This document shows positions 48,825-54,319 of a DNA stretch of 64,000 bases, piece by piece. Numbering within the stretch: position 1 is the first letter of the stretch; each line of letters opens with the position of its first letter. A program made the position numbers and the translations under genes. The stretch lies in the IMG/VR virus record IMGVR_UViG_3300027963_000066, positions 11,996 through 75,995 of that record. One strand, written 5' to 3'. The notes below the pieces were generated by a model. That model was not told the DNA's origin. It worked only from the letters and a program-made list of their open reading frames with translations, and searched no databases. The stretch comes from a virus.

Positions 48825-48899
48825 TGGTCCACGCTCTGAGAATCGAACTCAGTTAGTCCGGTTAAGAGCCGGGTACTTCGCCACTAAAGTTTAGCGTGG
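48825..48899 (-). tRNA. tRNA-Lys(CUU)
   Basis: Loop CTCTTAA, CCA. Confidence 0.87.
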
Positions 48900-48962
48900 A
48901 TGGATTCGTAATTGATTTTCTTTTACGTGCCATCCAGGACCATACGGGGGTCTAGGATGACA

Positions 48963-48983
48963 CTAACGTTTAGCACGTTTCAT
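48963..48983 (-). CDS. Micro-ORF MKRAKR
   Basis: AAGGAG RBS, ATG AAA CGT GCT AAA CGT TAG, followed by a strong hairpin. Confidence 0.45.
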   Translation of the reverse strand: MKRAKR

Positions 48984-49012
48984 GTCGTTCTCCTTTTGAA
49001 CATTAAAAAATT

Positions 49013-49087
49013 TGGCGGTCTCAAGGGGTAACGATCCCCTTCTTCAACAGTGACAGTGTTGTGTGCGTCCATGAACACTTTGAGACC
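49013..49087 (-). tRNA. tRNA-Asp(GUC)
   Basis: Loop CTGTCAC; atypical T-loop ATCGTTA. Confidence 0.85.
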
Positions 49088-49091
49088 ATTA

Positions 49092-49353
49092 ATTATATTG
49101 TCGAGTTATGGACAGTAATCGCCCTACTGTCGTTTGTCAACCGTATCATATTCTATTATGTTTAGCATAATATTATTGAAGTTCTGATACCGTCCAGGAC
49201 GCTTATTGCTAAGACCGCTAAGTCTATGATTCGTCGTCTCCGCTTCGGTTAAGGTTATAGCAGAACTAAGTTCTACAATGAGCCGGCACTCACCTATATT
49301 GCATTGAATGACACTGGGCTGGTGAACACAGCCATTTTCCTTGACAACATAAT
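49092..49353 (-). ncRNA. Unidentified ~260-nt structured RNA
   Basis: Terminal helix ATTATGTTGTCAAG/CTCGACAATATAAT; lies between tRNAs. Confidence 0.5.
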
Positions 49354-49356
49354 TAA

Positions 49357-49442
49357 TGGTACCCGAGACCGGACTCGAACCGGTACGCTTTTGAATGCGG
49401 CAGATTTTAAGTCTGCTGTGTCTACCATTCCACCACTCGGGC
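49357..49442 (-). tRNA. tRNA-Leu(UAA)
   Basis: Loop CTTAAAA, long variable arm. Confidence 0.92.
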
Positions 49443-49447
49443 AAAGT

Positions 49448-49523
49448 TGGCGTCCCGTACGAGATTCGAACTCGTGTACTCGCCGTGAAAGGGCGATATC
49501 CTAGGCCTCTAGATGAACGGGAC
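49448..49523 (-). tRNA. tRNA-Glu(UUC)
   Basis: Loop CTTTCAC, GCCA. Confidence 0.93.
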
Positions 49524-49540
49524 GTAAAAATTGCAATTAA

Positions 49541-49613
49541 TTTTTAAAGAGCTATGACAGCTATTTCTAACTGTCTAAGTATATATTGTACTGCCATTTT
49601 ACCCTTGTGTCAA
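49541..49613 (-). promoter_or_regulatory. sigma70 promoter plus rrn-like boxB/boxA
   Basis: TTGACA-17-TACAAT (49585-49613), GACAGTTA-GAAA-TAGCTGTC hairpin, GCTCTTTAAAAA. Confidence 0.75.
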
Positions 49614-49637
49614 GTCTAAAATTGCCTAAATAGTCAA

Positions 49638-50234
49638 ATGCTCTACACTGAATTTGAATCTATTGCCTTGCCCTATCTACAGTCTAAAGACCGTGTAGCA
49701 GTTATGGTCAGCGGCGGATTTGACAGTGCAGTCTTGTTGTACAGTCTGTGTCTAGTAAAGTCCTCACTCAAACTTGCTGTCAGCATCAGTACTTTTACAG
49801 TACCATTACACAATGATTCTGAACGATATTCAAGAATGGTCACCGCATGGGTGGGTAACAGATTTTGTCTAGACCTAACTCCTACAATATGTGGCGATCC
49901 CGATCTTGCACATAATCAAGTGGTCAAAAGTGGGATTGCTCATGCTGTAAGCATTTGCCCGAATATAATCATCGCCGAGACTACTAATCCGTCACATTTG
50001 ACAAATCTTAGTTCAGCTCCTGCACGTACACGAGCTCTTAAAATATTCCAACCATTTATCAATTGGACTAAAAAAGAAACTGTGAAATTATCTATTGATT
50101 TGGATCTAGACGACCTTGTGTCGCTTACACACAGTTGTACGGAAAAAACTGTGCGATGTAATCAGTGCTGGCAATGCCAAGAGCGGGCCTGGGGATACGC
50201 AGAAAACGCATACCCTGATCCGGGCTGTTATTAA
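49638..50234 (+). CDS. QueC-like PP-loop protein
   Basis: VSGGFDSA; THSC...CNQCWQC.ER. Confidence 0.78.
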   Translation: MLYTEFESIALPYLQSKDRVAVMVSGGFDSAVLLYSLCLVKSSLKLAVSISTFTVPLHNDSERYSRMVTAWVGNRFCLDLTPTICGDPDLAHNQVVKSGIAHAVSICPNIIIAETTNPSHLTNLSSAPARTRALKIFQPFINWTKKETVKLSIDLDLDDLVSLTHSCTEKTVRCNQCWQCQERAWGYAENAYPDPGCY

Positions 50235-50882
50235 TTATTTTGTAGGATAAATGTAATGCTTTTGCAGTTCTGGGCGTAACGGTTCATCCCATTTACCTGC
50301 ACGACAAATATCAACCATGCCTTTTGGCACTCCAAACTCTAGCATTTCTTCATAAGAGCTAAGTTCGTAACCTTTGGCACGAGGTTGCATCATGCAGGGC
50401 ATGCCCATGTTGGTCCACTGTCTATCGGGATCGGTCATGTCTTCGTAGTGCGTATCTCTGGTAGGAGTACGTTTGAAGATGGTCCTTCCTCGATCCGGAG
50501 TTTCAAAAATAGTATTGTTTCGATGAAAAATTTCAGCGGTGTCTTCACACTCTAGTATAGCCTGCATTCTTTGCAAATGATCTAGATAGCGACCATCCGG
50601 TCCTACGCCGTTGGTACATCGTTCTATACGTCCCGGAATTCGTTCAACAATTATGGGGTCTTCATAATTTTCTTCGTGTACACCTACAATGTCGCTGAAG
50701 TTATCACTGATCCAACGCTTCTCAACGTACCAATCGTTTTCAGTAAGCACAGTGACTTCACCTCGATAGGTTTTTTTATAACCCAGACTTCCGCCCTCAA
50801 AGGCCTCGTATTCTAAATCGTCTCCGATTTTACAAGTTAATCGTTGATTCGGTGTGTCAAAAACCCAGTCTAGTAGCATCAT
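50235..50882 (-). CDS. Hypothetical protein
   Basis: ORF with GGAG upstream. Confidence 0.7.
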   Translation of the reverse strand: MMLLDWVFDTPNQRLTCKIGDDLEYEAFEGGSLGYKKTYRGEVTVLTENDWYVEKRWISDNFSDIVGVHEENYEDPIIVERIPGRIERCTNGVGPDGRYLDHLQRMQAILECEDTAEIFHRNNTIFETPDRGRTIFKRTPTRDTHYEDMTDPDRQWTNMGMPCMMQPRAKGYELSSYEEMLEFGVPKGMVDICRAGKWDEPLRPELQKHYIYPTK

Positions 50883-50936
50883 AGTTGTTCAAACTCCATA
50901 AGTTATATGTGTGTTTATTTATTAATAAATATTTGT

Positions 50937-51635
50937 ATGGATAGACTTAATTACAATTCAATATACAAAGGATTTTCAAAAAAATCTGTAGACTGGGTTT
51001 CCGGGGACACCCAAGAAAAATACAAAGAAAATTTATTATCACACAGATCCGAACTTGAAAAGCACGGGTGGATTGATAATAAATTCAATTACTCTTTTAA
51101 TTCTGAAGGATTTAGATGTGACGAATTTTCATCAGATCCCACAGTTATGTTTTTAGGTTGTAGTTTTACTGTAGGCATCGGCATGCCTATAGAACAAACT
51201 TGGTCTTCACTGGTTGCCAAATCTCTTGATTTAAAATCAGCAAATCTTGGGCAGGGCGGCGGATCTAATGACACTGCTTTTAGATTAGGGGTTCATTGGA
51301 TCCCAAAAATTAAACCTAAGCTAGTTGTATTGTTAGTAACACCGTACCATAGGTTTGAAATAGTGTCGTCTGGAATGATACACTTGATCACGCCTCAACA
51401 CCATGCTGAACAATTTACTAATTTTATGGCCGAATGGGGATCTGATGATACTAATCCATATCATAATCGCCTTAAAAATGTATTAGCAATAAAACAGGTA
51501 TGTGCAGAAAATCAAATCAAATTTGTCAAACATGACTGTAACCTTTTTCAAAGATTGGACCTAGCCAGAGACCTGGCTCACCCTGGTGTAATGTCTAATC
51601 AAAAGTTAGCAGAAGATATATTAAAATTAATATAG
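50937..51635 (+). CDS. SGNH-hydrolase-like protein
   Basis: NSEGFRC, FLGCSFT, ANLG.GGGSND, RDLAHPG; TAAATA before ATG 50937. Confidence 0.7.
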   Translation: MDRLNYNSIYKGFSKKSVDWVSGDTQEKYKENLLSHRSELEKHGWIDNKFNYSFNSEGFRCDEFSSDPTVMFLGCSFTVGIGMPIEQTWSSLVAKSLDLKSANLGQGGGSNDTAFRLGVHWIPKIKPKLVVLLVTPYHRFEIVSSGMIHLITPQHHAEQFTNFMAEWGSDDTNPYHNRLKNVLAIKQVCAENQIKFVKHDCNLFQRLDLARDLAHPGVMSNQKLAEDILKLI

Positions 51636-51666
51636 TGGCAGGCGCATTAGGGATCGAACCTACTCC
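51636..51666 (-). pseudogene. tRNA 3' fragment (T-arm, 3' acceptor strand, CCA)
   Basis: GTAGG-TTCGATC-CCTAA-TGCGCCT-G-CCA with no 5' half. Confidence 0.7.
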
Positions 51667-51676
51667 AAATAAATAT

Positions 51677-51750
51677 TGGCAGAGGGTAATGGAATCGAAC
51701 CATTAATAGCGGAATCAAAATCCGCTGTTATACCATTTAACTAACCCCCA
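51677..51750 (-). tRNA. tRNA-Gln(UUG)
   Basis: Loop TTTTGAT, GCCA. Confidence 0.9.
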
Positions 51751-51757
51751 ACAATAA

Positions 51758-51815
51758 AACAGGTTGCTTATTTTTCAATTAAAAGTTGAATTGGTAAATT
51801 TGCTGAACGCAACCT
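51758..51815 (-). ncRNA. CAGCAA-helix RNA copy 6 with Lys(UUU)-like anticodon arm
   Basis: AGGTTGC-GTTCAGCAA...TTCAA-CTTTTAA-TTGAA...GCAACCT-GTT. Confidence 0.75.
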
Positions 51816-51820
51816 AAAAA

Positions 51821-51912
51821 TGGAGGAAGGATGGTAGAATCGAACTCCAACCGGCTCATCACCGATCCATCTGTTTTCAAGACAGTGCCGGGCCCAGCCC
51901 AGATAACCTTCC
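51821..51912 (-). tRNA. tRNA-Ser(UGA)
   Basis: Loop CTTGAAA, long variable arm. Confidence 0.85.
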
Positions 51913-51917
51913 ATGTT

Positions 51918-51993
51918 TGGTAGTGATGGTCAGACTCGAACTGACGATAATCTCCGTATGAAGGAGGCACATTAGCCGCTATGCTACATCACT
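51918..51993 (-). tRNA. tRNA-Met(CAU)
   Basis: Loop TTCATAC, CCA. Confidence 0.85.
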
Positions 51994-51999
51994 ATAATT

Positions 52000-52073
52000 T
52001 GGTGCTCTAGTCAAGAATCGAACTTGAATTTCTACTTTACCAAAGTAGTGTTCTACCATTTAACTACAAGAGC
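52000..52073 (-). tRNA. tRNA-Thr(GGU)
   Basis: Loop TTGGTAA, CCA. Confidence 0.9.
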
Positions 52074-52079
52074 AAGATA

Positions 52080-52155
52080 TGGCGTACCGCGAGAGCCTCG
52101 AACTCCCAACCCCTGGTTTTGGAGACCAGTGCTCTGCCAATTGAGCTAGCGATAC
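52080..52155 (-). tRNA. tRNA-Trp(CCA)
   Basis: Loop CTCCAAA, GCCA. Confidence 0.9.
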
Positions 52156-52161
52156 ATAACT

Positions 52162-52235
52162 TGGTAGTTCCTGAAAGAATTGAACTTTCATCTACGCCAT
52201 GTCACGGCATTGTTCTGCCATTAAACTAAGGAACT
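52162..52235 (-). tRNA. tRNA-Val(GAC)
   Basis: Loop GTGACAT, CCA. Confidence 0.85.
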
Positions 52236-52386
52236 GAATAGATTGGGCGCCCAACTATCCTCCTGGGAAGACTCGCTGGATTGTCTCGAATAGCCAAGTC
52301 TAAGACCACTCCTAACCGTTCTTGCGCTGTCACATAGCTGAGCCACTATGCTAGGTTGGGTGGGACTCTAAACTATCGTCTATCCC
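52236..52386 (-). ncRNA. Unidentified ~150-nt structured RNA
   Basis: Closed by GGATAGA/TCTATTC; internal hairpins; lies between tRNAs. Confidence 0.5.
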
Positions 52387-52391
52387 TAAAC

Positions 52392-52467
52392 TGGCACCCC
52401 CGGAAGGAATCGAACCTCCATTCCTGCGTTCGTAGCACAGTGTATGCATCCATTATACGACAGGGGT
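52392..52467 (-). tRNA. tRNA-Arg(ACG)
   Basis: Loop CTACGAA, GCCA. Confidence 0.9.
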
Positions 52468-52474
52468 AAAATAA

Positions 52475-52538
52475 AACAGGTTCCGCTTTTGAGATCAAAT
52501 TTCGAGTTTGAGTTTTTAAAGTTTGCTGTAAGGAACCT
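52475..52538 (-). ncRNA. CAGCAA-helix RNA copy 7 with Ser(CGA)-like anticodon arm
   Basis: AGGTTCC-TTACAGCAA...TCAAA-CTCGAAA-TTTGA...GGAACCT-GTT. Confidence 0.75.
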
Positions 52539-52543
52539 AAAAC

Positions 52544-52618
52544 TGGCACCGCCGACGGGAATCGAACCCGCCTAATTCTGATCGACAGTCAGGTGAACTC
52601 CCAGAGTCCTACGACGGT
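52544..52618 (-). tRNA. tRNA-Asp(GUC)
   Basis: Loop CTGTCGA, GCCA. Confidence 0.85.
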
Positions 52619-52624
52619 ATAAAT

Positions 52625-52702
52625 TGGAAGTGCGAGTCGGATTCGAACCGACGGTTTTGCGGATTTGCAATCCACTGCATTGGGCCTCTCTGCCATCGCA
52701 CT
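52625..52702 (-). tRNA. tRNA-Cys(GCA)
   Basis: Loop TTGCAAA, U73 discriminator. Confidence 0.9.
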
Positions 52703-52714
52703 ATAATTTTATTT

Positions 52715-52789
52715 TGGTGGACCAACGGGGGATCGAACCCCGACCTCCGCGGTGCAAACGCGGCGTGCTCCCATTATCACTATCAGCCC
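52715..52789 (-). tRNA. tRNA-Ala(UGC)
   Basis: Loop TTTGCAC, G3-U70. Confidence 0.92.
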
Positions 52790-52795
52790 AAAATT

Positions 52796-52869
52796 TGGTA
52801 TCGCGTACGGGGATCGAACCCGCCTACGTAAGTTGAAAGCCTACTGACCTCCCAGAAGTCCAACGCGAT
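52796..52869 (-). tRNA. tRNA-Glu(UUC)
   Basis: Loop CTTTCAA, CCA. Confidence 0.83.
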
Positions 52870-52886
52870 ATAAAAAACTTCTTAGG

Positions 52887-52957
52887 GGTGACTATCGGGG
52901 CTCGAACCCGAACTACCAGAGTCACAGTCTAGGTTGCTACCATTACAACATAGCCAC
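52887..52957 (-). tRNA. tRNA-His(GUG), no encoded CCA
   Basis: Loop CTGTGAC, C73; flanked by a 10-bp inverted repeat. Confidence 0.85.
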
Positions 52958-52973
52958 ACCTAAGAAGTCTAAA

Positions 52974-53052
52974 TGGCTCCGCATCTGGGTAACGATCCCA
53001 GCTAATCATTGATTAACAGTCAAGTCCGTGCACCATGCTCGGATTCTGCGGA
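52974..53052 (-). tRNA. tRNA-Asn(GUU)
   Basis: Loop CTGTTAA, GCCA; atypical T-loop. Confidence 0.8.
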
Positions 53053-53063
53053 ATAGAATTGAA

Positions 53064-53261
53064 TTTGTAAGTAGTTGCACCTCTGTAATCGCAACCATTC
53101 ACCCGATTCATGCAAGTCCGGACGGGAGGAGGTAAGTCACTTGGAATACTTGACATAGGTGCTCCACTGCGTTTACGGGACTTGAACCCGTCCTACTTTT
53201 GCACTAGGTTGACCTTCGAAGAATCTTCCTAGCGAGTCTTTCTCTTGCTGACACTTACAAA
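53064..53261 (-). ncRNA. Large variant CAGCAA-helix RNA (copy 8) with internal T-arm
   Basis: TTTGTAAGT-GTCAGCAA...ACTTACAAA; internal ACGGG-TTCAAGT-CCCGT. Confidence 0.6.
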
Positions 53262-53264
53262 ACT

Positions 53265-53339
53265 TGGTAGCCACGGACAATTTCGAAATGTCGACCTATC
53301 GCTTATCAAGCGAGTGCTCTTCCTCTGAGCTACGCGGCT
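53265..53339 (-). tRNA. tRNA-Ile(GAU)
   Basis: Loop TTGATAA, CCA. Confidence 0.9.
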
Positions 53340-53343
53340 AAAT

Positions 53344-53419
53344 TGGTACACCCTGTTGGAATCGAACCAACTTCCACGGCTCTTCAGGCCGCCGCTATGA
53401 CCACATCAGCTAAAGGTGC
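53344..53419 (-). tRNA. tRNA-Phe(GAA)
   Basis: Loop CTGAAGA, CCA. Confidence 0.9.
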
Positions 53420-53426
53420 ATTAAAT

Positions 53427-53504
53427 TGGTCTCCATGGTACGATTCGAACGTACAGCCTCCTGACTCCAGATCAGGCCGTCTACCAGATTGACATTACAC
53501 AGAG
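53427..53504 (-). tRNA. tRNA-Pro(UGG), atypical C33
   Basis: Loop TCTGGAG, CCA. Confidence 0.8.
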
Positions 53505-53511
53505 ATAAAAT

Positions 53512-53600
53512 TGGTGTAGCGTGATGGAATCGAACCACTTGGCAACCACCCTGCTTGACGAGGCCTACCGGGTTACAGCCGGCAACAGGGAACACACTAC
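53512..53600 (-). tRNA. D-armless tRNA-Tyr(GUA)-like RNA
   Basis: Acceptor, anticodon arm GCCGG-CTGTAAC-CCGGT, T-arm and CCA present; D region only 10 nt. Confidence 0.75.
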
Positions 53601-53605
53601 ATATT

Positions 53606-53691
53606 TGGTGGAGGCGGATGGATTCGAACCACCGCGCTTTTTAGGGGCCAGATTTACAGTCTGGTGCAATCAACCACTCTGCCACGCCTCC
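53606..53691 (-). tRNA. tRNA-Tyr(GUA)
   Basis: Loop CTGTAAA, long variable arm, ACCA. Confidence 0.93.
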
Positions 53692-53958
53692 AATTTGTTA
53701 ACACACTCTCCGCTATGCGTTTTGACACCGTCGTAAGGTGAAAGAGAATGTGTATATTAAAACATACTAATGAAATCGCACTACCCCAGTTTCACGCTGA
53801 GTTCCCAGTAGCTACAGAGGCATTGTCCTCCTGCGAATAGTATGCTTTAATATGACGAATTTTTTTATCTACAAGAAGATAAGCCATCCTCGCCACCGCC
53901 CGTTCGCCCCATGTTTATAGTGCAGGGCGTGGTCCTCGTTACCACGTATTCACACTCG

Positions 53959-53993
53959 AAAAAACAAAACCCCAGGGTTTTTAATCCTGGGGT
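53959..53993 (-). terminator. Intrinsic terminator (attenuator) upstream of the tRNA array
   Basis: ACCCCAGG-loop-CCTGGGGT-TTTGTTTTTT. Confidence 0.85.
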
Positions 53994-54020
53994 CCTTTGG
54001 AGTTATTGTGTACTTTTGCG

Positions 54021-54161
54021 TTACACTATGGTCTCCTGGGACCCCGGGCAAATCTCTGGTGTGCGATCATAACTTGACAGATTCGCAAACCAATTAGAGG
54101 GCATAAAGCCCGCCTGTTTGGCGCTTCCTTGTGTTTGTAAATGTATCGAACAGTTTTTCAT
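54021..54161 (-). CDS. Putative attenuator leader peptide (46 aa, all 20 amino acids)
   Basis: Hand translation MKNCSIHLQTQGSAKQAGFMPSNWFANLSSYDRTPEICPGSQETIV; its 3' end holds the antiterminator strand. Confidence 0.65.
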   Translation of the reverse strand: MKNCSIHLQTQGSAKQAGFMPSNWFANLSSYDRTPEICPGSQETIV

Positions 54162-54219
54162 TTGCTTTTCCAATGTTTCCTAAAATTTCATAAACGGCAT
54201 TATTGCTGTTTATGTATCT

Positions 54220-54248
54220 ATTGTACAGTTATTTAGTTCTGCTGTCAA
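54220..54248 (-). promoter_or_regulatory. sigma70 promoter of the tRNA array
   Basis: TTGACA-17 nt-TACAAT. Confidence 0.82.
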
Positions 54249-54319
54249 CCACTATTTTAAGTTTTGAACAAAAAAGTTTGGTCTACTGTGTGAACTTCTA
54301 ACTAGTCTCTAGTATAAGT

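Noticed and set aside
48112-49353. tmRNA, RNase P RNA or group I intron identity for the large non-coding segments
   Set aside because: No tmRNA Ala acceptor ends with tag ORF, no RNase P GAGGAAAGUCC core and no recognisable group I core by eye
31778-52538. CAGCAA elements as CRISPR repeats, terminators or MITEs
   Set aside because: They are dispersed, helix sequences differ with compensatory changes, interiors are unrelated, and there are no consistent U tracts or target duplications
47376-53736. ORF-track calls overlapping tRNAs (47376, 47806, 49124, 49304, 51779, 52624, 53410, 53521)
   Set aside because: They are translations of tRNA/ncRNA sequence with no RBS
54189-54214. ACAGCAA at the start of the attenuator transcript as another family copy
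   Set aside because: It lies inside a simple hairpin and lacks the AGG/CCTGT closing helix; probably coincidental
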